The position numbers and the translations under genes are program-made. From positions 452,320 through 516,319 of the forward strand of contig CAVQJC010000001.1 in assembly GCA_963712745.1 (NCBI GenBank): a stretch of 64,000 nt of DNA, in the 5' to 3' direction. Below the pieces are notes generated by a model. The model was not told where the DNA came from, did not search any database, and saw only the letters and a list, made by a program, of their open reading frames with translations. This DNA comes from an uncultured Chloroflexia bacterium. Lineage in GTDB: Bacteria > Chloroflexota > Limnocylindria > Limnocylindrales > CSP1-4. Shown here in pieces: positions 22,077-32,770 of the stretch; the stretch's first letter is position 1, and each line of letters opens with the position of its first letter.

Positions 22077-23023
22077 TTGCGTATCGCAGCCGCACAGATC
22101 CATCAGGTGTGGGGCCGACCAGACGCCGGCGCAGAGCGCGTGGCCGACTGGATCGGCACGGCTGGCGCGGAGGGCATCGACCTGCTCGCGTTCGGCGAGA
22201 CCCACCTGGGCGGCTACCCGTTCTGGATGTCGATGACCGACGGCGCGCGCTTCGATGACGCCGGCCAGAAGCACGCCTACGCGGCGTATCTGGACGCGGC
22301 CGTCGAGCTCGACAGCCAGCCCATGCGGCTGATCGCCGGGCGGTCGCGGACCAGCGCGTATTCACCTACTCGGCATCGCCGAGCGCGGTGCCGACACGGC
22401 TCGAGGCAGCGTCTTCGCGACACTCGTCGCGATCGACCCGGACCGCGGCATCGTGAGCGCCCACCGAAAGGTCATGCCGACCTACGAGGAGCGCCTCGCC
22501 TGGGCGGCCGGCGACGGCAACGGCCTGCGCGTCCACACCGTGACCGGGCGTGACGGTGACACGCTGCGAGTGGGTGGGCTCAATTGCTGGGAGAACTGGC
22601 TACCGCAGGCCCGCCTGGCGATGTACGCCGGCGGCGAAGACATCCACGTGAGTGCCTGGCCCGGCGAGCAGCCAGCTGACGCAGGACATCACTCGCTTCA
22701 TCGCGCGCGAGGGTCGCGTCTATTCACTGGCGGCGGGCAGCCTGCTGTCTCGCGCGCCGATGTGCCCGACACGTTCCCGCTCGCTGACCAGCTCGAGGAC
22801 GGCGACTGGGCCGATGGCGGCTCGGCCATCGCTGGTCCGGATGGCAGCTGGATCGAAGCGCCGCATGCCGGCGACGAGGGCCTCGTCATGGCCGATGTCG
22901 ATGCCGCCCGGGTGCGCGAGGAACGCCAGAACTTCGATCCCACGGGGCACTACGGCCGGCCCGACATCTTCGACCTGCGCGTCGATCGGACCGGCGCAAA
23001 GCGGTGGCCGTCTTCAGCGATGA
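22077..23023 (+). CDS. Nitrilase (carbon-nitrogen hydrolase, branch 1-like), frameshifted
   Basis: E-K-C triad contexts [28 protein letters not shown]; [13 protein letters not shown]. Confidence 0.88.
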
Positions 23024-23140
23024 TCCTCGGGTCCCTTGAGCGCATCGCTCATCGAGCTGGCACCGCGGGCAAGCCGCTGCAGCCCACCGCGCACGAGCTG
23101 AGCGGAACGCGACTGACCGACCGACGTGCGCTCGAGCACG

Positions 23141-24346
23141 TCACTGGCTCCGACCAGACGCACCTGACACGCCTGCCGGTGACCCGCAGGCGCAGCAGCA
23201 GCGATTCGACGTCGAAGTGCTCGGCCACGAGCCGCTTGATCTCATCGATCTTGGCGCCGTCGGCTGGATGGGTCTTGACCAGCAGGTCATGGACCTCACT
23301 CGCGACCGGTAGGTCTCGTCCTCGACCAGATAGGCGAACAGGCCGGCCTCACGGATGGCCACGAGATCCCGCTCACGCGGCCGGTAGCCGCCCGAGAAGA
23401 CCATGCCCGACGAGCGAGGTCGCGGCCGGGTCGTCGGCGATACGACCGAAGCGCGAGCGGTGGCGCAGGCGGTCGAGCAATCGCGGTTCACGGTCGAGCG
23501 CCTGCTGCGTGCGGTTCGCCGCGATGGTGGCGTGGATGACGTCCTCACGGTCGCCTGGCACGATGAGCAGGCTGCCAGGTCCGATCCGCTCGAGCACGTG
23601 GCGCGGTTGCATCGCGCCGATGGCCACGTGTTCGATGGCGCGGTCCAGGTCATCGCCCTCGTGCAGGACCTCGCCGGGCAACTGTTCGATGAGCATCGCG
23701 AGGTCGGATTCGACAGGATCGGACGATACGGCAGCACGCCCAGCAGCTCGATGTCGTGCAGGGCCAGGCCACGTCGCAGGATGTCGGGCAGGGAGGGATG
23801 CGCGTCGGCGTCGACCTTGTTGATGACCGCGCCGACGACCGGGACACACCGCGACGTGCGAAGAGGGCCCGATTGAGCACGATCTCATCGATCGGGCGGC
23901 CCACGCCGGCCTCGCTGACGATCACGGCCGAGGCGCCCAGCCGGGCCGCGACATCCGCGTTGGAGAGGCCGATGACCGAGCCCACGCCCGCATGTCCGGT
24001 GCCCTCGATGAGCAGCGCCTGCGCGGTCGCTGGACGACCGTCGGTGCGCCTCGCTGATGCGGAGGCCCGAGGTCCTCGACGACCTCGCCCGATGAACGAC
24101 TTGGTGAAGCCGCGCGGGATGTGGACCGGGCTCATCACCTCGAGCGGGTCGCCCGATGCCGAAGACCGAGCGCATCAGGATGGCGTCTTCGTCGGCCGGC
24201 GTGCCGTCCACGATGGCGTAGCGTTGGCCGACCGGCTTCATGAACCCGGTCGAGAGCCCTCGATCGAGCATCGCCGCGAGCAATCCGAGGGCGAAGGTCG
24301 TCTTGCCACGGTTCATGCCGGTGGCTGCCAGATAGACCTGTCGCAT
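23141..24346 (-). CDS. BioD-like AAA / DRTGG-domain protein (Pta N-terminal-like), frameshifted
   Basis: [49 protein letters not shown]. Confidence 0.8.
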
Positions 24347-24369
24347 GCGCCACAGGGTACGGCGCCGGC

Positions 24370-24999
24370 ATGCCGGCTAGCATCGAGCCGTGCATGCCGT
24401 CGTCTTCGACCTGGGTGGCGTCCTGGTCGACTGGAACCCACGCTACCTGCTGCGTGAGGTCATGCCCGGGCGCGAGGCCGAGATGGAGACGATCCTCGCC
24501 GACGTCATCAACCACGAGTGGAACCTCGCGCGCGATGCCGGCGATTCGTGGCCCGACGCGATCGCGGCACTGACCAGGCCGAGTACCCGCAGTGGGCCGA
24601 CATCTTCCGGGCGTACGACGATCGCTGGGGCGAGACGCTGGGTGGTTCACACGAGGCGACCGTGGCCGTGCTCAAGGAGCTCAAGGCGGCTGGCACGCCG
24701 CTCTACGCGCTCAGCAACTGGTCGGCCGAGAAGTTCCCGGAGGCGGAAGCTCGCTTCGACTGGCTGGACGATTTCGACGACATCATCGTTTCCGGCCGCG
24801 TCGGGATGGTCAAGCCGGATGCCGAAGATCTTCGAGCACATGCTCGAGCGGTTCGACCTGAAGGCATCGGATGTGTTCTTCATCGATGACAACGAACCGA
24901 ACGTCGCGAAGCGCTCGCGCGATGGGCATCCACGCGCACCACTTTCGGGAGGCTGCCGAACTTCGCGCGGACCTCATATCCGAAGGATTGTTGGCATGA
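24370..24999 (+). CDS. HAD-superfamily phosphatase, frameshifted
   Basis: VVFDLGGVLVDWNP, YALSNWSAE, VKPD, FIDD. Confidence 0.85.
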
Positions 25000-25150
25000 G
25001 TCAAAATCCTCAACGTTCGGCAGTGCACCGCCGTGGCCCATACGAGCCGGGCTCCCGGTACCGACAGCCCACCGCTCTCGCTGCTGTGCCTTCGTATCCT
25101 TTGGGCTTCAGCCCAGTGTCCCAGACGGCACACACAGGAAGGAAACGCGT

Positions 25151-25882
25151 ATGTACAGGTTCAGGACCCTGGCGCTCGCGGCCGCGACCGTCGCATTCGT
25201 CGTGAGTGCCTTCGGGGCACCAGCCACGGCGGCCTTCGGCAAGGGCAGTATCGCGGTCGTCAACGGCCGACCCGGACCGAAGCTCGACTTCTGTATCGGC
25301 AACTTCAAGATCAGGCGCAACCTGTCCTACGGCGGCAAGACCTTCCGACAGCTCCCCATGGGCGACAAGGTGCTACGCGCGTACGTGGCCAACGGCACGT
25401 CGAGGTGTCGCGGCATCAAGGTGGCACAGTATCCGTTCACGCTGGTCGATGGTGGTGACCTGACCTTCGTGGTCACGCGCAAATCGCCGAACAGGGTCGT
25501 GGTGTATGACAACACCGGGCTCGGCTCGGTGCAGCCGATCGGACCGGTGGTGCCAGTCATCGTCGTCCTGACGCGCACGGCCGCCGACCTGGTCGCAGTC
25601 AATGTCTAGTTCGTTTGTGGCAGCCAATTCCCGATACTCCCATCGGCCCGTCGCTCCTTCCGGTCTGGATCAAGGGCGATCAGTTTCTCTACACCAGCGG
25701 CACTCCGGGTATGAATGGCAGGTCCGCGCCACGTTCCCCGAGAAGACCAGGTCGATCGCGGTGGCCAGTCGGCAGGAGCTGAAGGTCGGTCGTCGCTACG
25801 AGTGGATCCTCGTGGGCACCAATGGCAGGAACGCCAGGTGGGTCAAGTTCAGCCGACCCGTCTTCGAGTCGGGCCCCAGTGA
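25151..25882 (+). CDS. Secreted beta-rich protein, paralogue A (possibly DUF4397-like), frameshifted near 25600
   Basis: AGGAAGG RBS; signal peptide MYRFRTLALAAATVAFVVSAFGAPATA; continues to RRYEWILVGTNGRNARWVKFSRP. Confidence 0.7.
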
Positions 25883-25926
25883 GTCGCTCCGAGTCGATCC
25901 CAGCGCACACCGAGGGAGAGAGACAG

Positions 25927-26830
25927 ATGCACAGGTTCAGGACCCTGGCGCTCGCGGTCGCGACCGTCGCGCTCGTGGTGAGTGCCTTCGGGGCACCAGC
26001 CACGGCAGCCTTGGGCAAGGGCAGTATCGCGGTCGTCAACGGCCGACCCGGTCCCAAGCTCGACTTCTGTATCGGCAACTTCAAGATCAGGCGCAACGTC
26101 GTACGGCCGGGCGGCCTTCCGACAGCTCAACATGGGCGACAAGGTGCTACGGGCGTATGTGGCCAACGGCACGTCGAGGTGTCGCGGCACCAAGGTGGCG
26201 CAGTATGCCTTCACCCTGGCTGATGGCGGTGACCTCACCTTCGTGGTGACACGGCTCAACCCGAACAGGGTCGTGGTGTATGACAACACCGGGCTCGGCT
26301 CGCTGCAGCCGACCGGACCCGGTGTGGAACCTCTTCGTGATGGTGACGCGCACGGCCTCGGACCTGGCCGCGGTGAACGTCTACCAGCGCTACTGGCAAC
26401 CGAGTCCCGACACGATCATCGACGCCGTCACCTGGCTCCCTGGTCACGCGCAAATCGCCGAACAAGGTCGTGGTCTATGACAACGCCGGCTTCGGGTCCG
26501 TCCAGCCGATCGGACCTCGGTATCCCAACGTGGCCATCCCCGTACTCCGGACCGCTGCCGATCTCGCTGCAGTCAACGTGTACTACCGTATCTGGCAACC
26601 CATCCCCGACACGCCATTGGGCCGAGCGTGAACCCGATGGGTGAAGGGGGACTCGATAGCCAGCTCCTGTCGCGGGCATCGAATGGCAGCTCCGCGCCAC
26701 GTTCCCCGAGAAGACCAGGTCGATCGCGGTGGCCAAGCGCCAGGAGTTGAAGATCGGGCGCCGAGTGGATCCTCGTGGGGCAACGGCAGGAACGCCGGTG
26801 GGTAAGTTCAGCGAGCGACCGGACGTCTGA
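25927..26830 (+). CDS. Secreted protein paralogue B, joined at about 26440 to the 3' part of a third copy, frameshifted
   Basis: 5' about 350 nt nearly identical to paralogue A; the VTRKSPNxVVVYDN segment recurs at 26442. Confidence 0.65.
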
Positions 26831-26908
26831 CGAGCTGGGTCACGTAGGGAGGTCAGCGTACAAGGCGGAGCCTCGGTTCGCCGGTTGCGAACCGGGCCGT
26901 CCTCGCAG

Positions 26909-27531
26909 TCAGGCGCGCTCGCGACATCGCCAGCTTGCGCTCGATGCGGTCGAGGCCCGTCCTTGAGCCGGGCGAGTGTCTCGGGGTCGATGGTGTCCTC
27001 GTCGGTGTGCGGCCCGAGGCGATCGAGGATGTCCGCCATCAGGCCATAGAAGACGTGGGCATCGGCGATGAAGAACTGCGGTTCGTTGTTGTAGCGCACG
27101 AGCGTCAGCCGTCCCTGTAGCACGCTGGCGCTCATCGACGTTGGCGATCTGCGTCGAGAAGTCGTGGCCCTGGATGCCGTCGGGGTTGTTGAGGAAGTTG
27201 AGCGCGTTGTCGATGGCCAGATCCGAAGCGCGCCCGCCACGCACGCAGGCGCTCGAGGGTCTCCGGCGCCACCCGTACCTCGGCGACCTGGTCGAAGACC
27301 TCGGGCGAGACCGTCAGCAGCCCCACCAGCGTGGTGCCGGCGCGGGCACCCAGCATCACCTGCAGCGAGCGCTCGAGCGTGAAGACCTCGGAGTCGAAGC
27401 GCGGGCTGGTGATGACGTCGGTCGAGCAGGTCCTCGACGTTGTCGAGCGCGCTCGTCTCGCCCAGCGCCTCGGAGAGCTGCTGGACCTCTTCCTTGAACA
27501 GGAATTGCTCTTCGTGGTCGAGTCGGTCCAT
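26909..27531 (-). CDS. Hypothetical protein, frameshifted
   Basis: MDRLDHEEQFLFKEEVQQLSEALG starts after a GAAGG RBS just downstream of the gdh stop; protein-like fragments continue to about 26909. Confidence 0.6.
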
Positions 27532-27548
27532 GGTCGCCTTCGAGCTGA

Positions 27549-28819
27549 CTAGGGATAGAGACCGCGCAGCGCGGTCGCCGAGGCGACGCGATCGACGGCC
27601 AGCAGGTACGAGGCCAGCGCATGTCGATGTTCTCACGCTGCTGCCATGCGCAGGACTTCGCCGAACGGCGCGGACCATGATCTCGGTCAGCTTGGCGTTG
27701 ACGATCTCCTCGGACCACTGGTCCCGGTTGAGATCCTGGACCCACTCGAAGTAGGAGACCGTCACGCCGCCGGCGTTGCAGAGGATGTCGGGGATGACGA
27801 AGACGCCGTTGCGTGCAAGAACGACGTCCGCATCGGGCGTGGTGGGGCCGTTGCCGATCTCGGCGAGGATCCTCGGCCTGCACGCGCTCGACGTTGTCGG
27901 CAGTGATCTGGTTCTCCAGCGCCGCCGGCGCCAGGATGTCCACGTCCAGCTCGAGGATGGCCTCGTTGCTGATGGGCCGCGTGCCCGGGAAGCCGACCAC
28001 CGAACCGTGCTCGGCCTTCCAGTCGCGCACAGCCCGGATGTCCAGGCCGCCCGATCCGTGGATGCCGCCGCTGCGAGTCGGAGACCGCCACCACGCGTGG
28101 CGCCCATCTCGGCGAGCAGCGAGGCGGCGGTCGCGCCGGCATTGCCGAAGCCCTGGATCGCCACGGTGGCCCCGATGATGTCCAGGTCGAGATAGCGCGC
28201 GGCTTCGGCGATGGTCACCACGGCACCGCGACCGGTGGCCTCCACCCGGCCCTCCGAGCCACCCAGGCTGATGGGCTTGCCGGTGACCACGCCGGGCACG
28301 GTGTAGCCGACGTGCATCGAGTAGGTGTCCATGATCCAGGCCATGGTCTGGGCGTTGGTGTTCATGTCGGGCGCCGGGATGTCCTTCTCCGGGCCGATGA
28401 AGACACTGATCTCGGTGGTGAAGCGTCGGGTCAGGCCTTCGAGCTCACGCGATCGACAGCGCCTTGGGGTCGACGCGTACGCCGCCCTTGCCGCCGCCGT
28501 AGGGGATGCCCACCACGGCGCACTTCCAGCTCATCCACATGGCCAGCGCGCGGACCTCGTTGAGGTTCACGTCCTGGTGGTAGCGCAGGCCGCCCTTGGC
28601 CGGACCGCGGCCCAGGTTGTGCTGCACGCGGAAGCCCTCGAAGACGCGGACGCTGCCGTCGTCCATGTGTACCGGGAAGGTCACGGTCAACTCACGACGA
28701 GGTTCGCGCAGGACCGCGCGCAGCCCGGCATCGAGGCCGAGTCGGTCGGCGGCGAGATCGAACTGACGCTGTGCCACCGCCCATGAGTCGAGCTGTGGAG
28801 CGATCTTCGAGATGGTCAT
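27549..28819 (-). CDS. gdhA: Glu/Leu/Phe/Val dehydrogenase (glutamate dehydrogenase), frameshifted
   Basis: [67 protein letters not shown]; ends LYP*. Confidence 0.93.
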
Positions 28820-28953
28820 CGCGACAACAACCTCCAGACTGCGAGCGCCGGGCCAAGCGTAGCTGGGGCGGGCGGGCTCGCATGCACGTCAACGCCACGC
28901 GAGTGTACCGCCGTCGGCCGCCTGCGGCCGTCGATGTGACCGACGGACCTCGT

Positions 28954-29803
28954 TCAGGCCGTGCGGATGAGCGCGACGCCGATCATGCCCGGGCCCGACG
29001 TGGGTACCCGCCACCGGGCCGGTCAGCCCGATCTCGATGGCGTCTCGGTCGAGGCCAGATGCCCTGGCCAGCTCGTCGGCGAACGCGTCCATGCCGGGCG
29101 TCATCGTGTGCAGCGCGACGGCCCGCTCCAGCGGCCGCTCGGTGGCCAGCTCCAGCATGCGCGCGCGCGCCTTGCCCGAGGTGCGCTTCTTGTCAGCGGT
29201 CGCGACGGCACCGTCCTCGACGAAGAGGATGGGCTTGATGGACAGCACGCTGCCGAGGAGCGCCGACGCCCGGCCGATGCGACCGCCCTTCTGGAGGTAC
29301 TCGAGCGTATCGACGCTGAAGTAGATGCCCGAGCGCATGCGCACGTCGCGCACGTAGGCCGCGACCTCGCCTGGCGTGGCCCCGCGGCGGCGAGCTTCGG
29401 CAGCACCCTCGGCCATCATCGCGAGGCCATGCGTGGTGGTCATCGAAATCGAAGACCTCGACCTGGCCGTCGCGCGAAGGCCTTGGCGCCCTGCACCGCC
29501 GCTGCGTAGGTGGCCGACAGGCGCTGGCTGATGGTGATGCAGACGACGCCGCTCGCACCAGCCTCGAAGGCCTCCCGGTAGGTCGCCTCGAAGTCAGCCG
29601 GATTCGGCGCCGCGGTCCTGGGGAACGGCGCACCGGGTGCGGTCAGCCGTTCGAAGAAGGCCTCGTTGCTGAGTTCGGTCACCGCGTCGAACGTCTGCGT
29701 CACCGAAGCTGACCGTGAGCGGCACGAGCCTGATGCCAGCGGCGGCCGCCCGCTCCGGCAGCAGGTCGGAGGACGTGTCGGTGACGATCGCGACGCGTGC
29801 CAT
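28954..29803 (-). CDS. DegV family fatty-acid-binding protein, frameshifted
   Basis: IVTDTSSDL, TAAPNP, ISQRLSATY, LEYLQKGGRIG, IKPIL, GTHVGPG. Confidence 0.92.
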
Positions 29804-29843
29804 CGACCCATCCTATTCGTACGCGCAAGTGCGGCGACGCGGC

Positions 29844-31075
29844 CTAGCGACCCGCTCGACGGCCATCGCCACCGAGCCGCCGCCACCGAGACAGAGCGTG
29901 GCCAGTCCGTAGCGGGCCTCACGTCGTTGTAGCTCGTGGAGCAGCGTGGTCACGATGCGGGCACCCGACGCACCGATGGGATGCCCCAGGGCGATGGCAC
30001 CCCCGTTGACGTTGACGCGCGACCAGTCGAAGCCCAGCTCGCGACCATCGGCGAGGACCTGCGCCGCGAACGCCTCGTTGATCTCGATGAGGTCGAAGTC
30101 GTCGATGGCCAGGTCGGTCCGCTCCAGCAAGCCGCCGCACCCCGTGATCGGCGCCAGGAACAGCCACTTGGGCGCCACCTCGGCCTGGGCGTAGCCGACG
30201 ATGCGCGCCATCGGACGCAGGCCCGTAGCGCTCCACGGCGCGTTCGCTGGCCACGACCGTCGCCGCGGCTCCGTCGGTGATGCCAGGGGCGTTGCCGGCG
30301 GTGACCGAAGCCGTCGCCGTCGCCCTCGTCTCCGAAGGGCAGGTCGAAGGCCGGGCGCAGGCGACCAAGCGCCTCGGCAGATGTCTCGCGGCGCGGGCCC
30401 TCATCCGTGTCGACGGTGACCTCCGTGCCCTTGCGTCCCGGCACGTCGAGCGGCACCAAGCTCTCGCTCGAAGCGACCCTCGTCGATGGCTGCGATGGCC
30501 TTCTGGTGGCTGGCCAGCGCGAAGGCATCCTGGTCCTCGCGCGAGACGTGCTCGCGGATGGCGACACGTTCGGCGTGGGTGCCCATGTGGCAGTCCTCGA
30601 TGGCGCACCACAGCCCGTCGGAGACGGTCGCATCGATGAGTCGGCCGTCGCCCAGGCGATAGCCGAAGCGCGCCCCGGGCAGCAGATGCGGGCCGCCGCT
30701 CATCGATTCCATGCCGCCCGCCACGACGACCTCGGCATCGCCGGCCTTGATGGCGGCAGCCGCGAGCATGATCGCCTTCAGGCCGGAGCCGCAGACGCGG
30801 TTGATGGTGGTCGCGCTGAGCGTCACCGGCAGTCCGGCATCGAGGCCGGCCTGACGTGCCGGCGCCTGGCCAGCACCGGCCTGGATGACCTGGCCCATGA
30901 GCAGCTCGTCGATCGCTTCCGGGCGGGACTGCCCGCTCGCTCGACGGCAGCGGCGATGGCCACGCCGCCCAGGTGGGTGGCCGGCACGCCGCGTGAGCGC
31001 GCCGCCGAGCTTGCCGATGGGCGTCCGCGCGGCCGAGACGATGTAGACCGGGACGTCGGGCTGAGCAGATGACAT
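29844..31075 (-). CDS. Acetyl-CoA C-acetyltransferase (thiolase), frameshifted
   Basis: [66 protein letters not shown]. Confidence 0.93.
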
Positions 31076-31111
31076 CGCCGTCGGATGCTACACCCGGGTA
31101 CGATGCCGACC

Positions 31112-31868
31112 ATGACGACGACCCTCCCGCAAGCACTGCCTGGTCACCGGTGGCTCGTCCGGCATCGGCTATGCGGTGGCCGAGCGAGCTGCGCGACGAC
31201 GGCTGGCAGCGTGACCTCGCTCTCGCGCCGCGCGATCGCTCCGGAGGGCGTACGGACCGTCGTCGGGTGATGCCGCCGATGTCGGCGACCTGGAGCGTGC
31301 GGTCGACGCCGCGGTCGACGCCCGACGGCGGGCTTCGACGGGCTCGTGTGTGCGGCCGGCCTACCGCCCAGTCGGCCCTGGGACGATCCCGACCACTGGA
31401 GCGAGATCATCCGCGTCGACCTCACGGCCGCATGGCAGGCTTCCCGTCTGGCCTGGTCGGCGCTGCGCTCGGCGGGTGGCGCGGTCGTGCTGCTCGGCAG
31501 CATCGTGGGCAGCGGCCGAGGGTTCGACGCGTTCGCCCGCCTATGCGGCGGCCAAGGCGGGCATCGAGGGACTGGGGCGCTCACTCGCGCTCATCGGCGC
31601 GAAGGAAGGCGTGCGCGTGAACGTGCTGGCGCCCGGCGCCATCGATACGCCCTTCGACGAGACACTCTTCCCGGCGCACGATCGCCCCGACGTACCGCTC
31701 GGCCGTATGGGCACCGCGCACGAGGTGGCCGGCGTGGCCACCTTCCTGCTCTCGAGCGCAGGCCGCGTACGTCAGTGGCGCGGTGTGGCGCGTCGATGGC
31801 GGCCGCACGGCGGTCTCGCCGACGACGTCGGCCGGCGGGCAGCTCCCGAGGAGCACACCAAATCGTGA
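31112..31868 (+). CDS. Short-chain dehydrogenase/reductase, frameshifted
   Basis: ALVTGGSSGIG, YAAAKAG, VRVNVLAPGAIDT, PLGRMG, VDGG. Confidence 0.85.
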
Positions 31869-32480
31869 GCGATTCGAAGGCGCCTGGCGAGAGGATCCGG
31901 CACGGCACCCGGGGACGTGACGCCGGGCCAGGCTCGTCGGAACGTGGCGTCGGCATCAGCGCCGGTCGTCTACGACAACGACTGGATCACCGTCTACCAC
32001 GACGACGTCGCCCGGCCCAATGGCTCGCCGGCATCTACGGCGTGGTGCATTTCCGGAACATCGCGGTCGGCGTGGTCGCCATCGATGCGCTCGATCGCGT
32101 AGCCCTCGTCGGCCAGCACCGCTACGCCATCGACGAGATGTCATGGGAGATCCCGGAAGGTGGCTCGCCACATGGCGAGGAGCCACTCGAGCGGTGCCCG
32201 GCGGGAATTGCGCGAGGAGACGGGTCTGTCAGCGGCCAGATGGCAGTCGATGGGGCGCTACCACCTTTCCAACTCGGTCAGCGACGAAGTCGCGTATCTG
32301 TATCCTGGCCACCGAACTGACCGCCGGCGAGTCGTCCCCCGACGAGACAGAGGACCTGGTCCTGCGCTGGATGCCCTTCGACGAAGCATGGCCATGATCG
32401 CTGCTGGTCGAGATCACCGATGCCATGTCGGTACTGGGCCTCCAACGTGTGGCTCTCGAACGGTCTCTGGCCGACGGTGA
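31865..32480 (+). CDS. NUDIX hydrolase (ADP-ribose pyrophosphatase-like), frameshifted
   Basis: VYDNDWI, GQHRY, WEIPEGG...ARRELREETG Nudix box. Confidence 0.85.
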
Positions 32481-32563
32481 TGGCTGCGGCTCTGGAGCGC
32501 GCGACGGGCGGCAGTCTCGGACACCAGGATGGCAACAGACGAGGCTCCGGGCAACGAGCCAGA

Positions 32564-32592
32564 TTGACAGGCGTGCCACCGGCCGCTAGTGT
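32564..32592 (+). promoter_or_regulatory. Sigma70-type promoter of the aro operon leader
   Basis: TTGACA (32564-32569), 17-bp spacer, TAGTGT (32587-32592). Confidence 0.8.
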
Positions 32593-32602
32593 GCCAAGTC
32601 GC

Positions 32603-32629
32603 ATGACCTCTTATTGGTATTTTAGCTAG
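32603..32629 (+). CDS. Attenuator leader peptide MTSYWYFS
   Basis: ATG ACC TCT TAT TGG TAT TTT AGC TAG; four consecutive aromatic codons, AT-rich in a GC-rich genome, between the promoter and the terminator preceding DAHP synthase. Confidence 0.85.
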   Translation: MTSYWYFS

Positions 32630-32707
32630 CGGGTACGAGGCGGCCGGGTAGATCCCGGCGGCAAAGGCAGTCGTGCCCGCAACGCAGGAGCCCACCAGGG
32701 CACCTGC
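32629..32707 (+). promoter_or_regulatory. Attenuator alternative structures (protector stem / antiterminator)
   Basis: gcgggtacga (32629-38) pairs with tcgtgcccgc (32671-80); alternatively gcag-tc-gtgccc (32667-78) pairs with gggcac-ctgc (32698-707), the terminator 3' arm. Confidence 0.7.
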
Positions 32708-32714
32708 GTTTTTT
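32681..32714 (+). terminator. Intrinsic terminator of the attenuator
   Basis: aacgcagg-a-gccc / acca loop / gggc-a-cctgcgtt followed by a T-tract. Confidence 0.88.
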
Positions 32715-32770
32715 GTTTCCCGCGGGGGACCCGACCATGACCAAACGAAGCGGACGAGGGTGGTGAAGAG

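Larger units (their letters stand above)
25151..26830 (+). repeat. Tandem gene duplication/triplication (about 776-bp period)
   Basis: Near-identical blocks at 25151 and 25927; shared block at 25472, 26244 and 26442; 3' block gccacgttccccgagaagaccaggtcgatcgcggtggcca at about 25728 and 26696. Confidence 0.9.

Noticed and set aside
25607-25609. In-frame TAG in paralogue A as pyrrolysine or readthrough
   Set aside because: The paralogues have TAC (Tyr) here and the frame also shifts; a sequencing error is simpler, and no pyl genes are seen.
25151-26830. Diversity-generating retroelement or shufflon
   Set aside because: Differences are not adenine-specific, the copies are direct rather than inverted, and no reverse transcriptase or recombinase is in the window.
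26428-28365. 645-aa ORF suggesting a large GDH fusion
   Set aside because: It is a frameshift chimera: GDH ends LYP* at 27549 in another frame, and the tail is antisense to the secreted paralogues.
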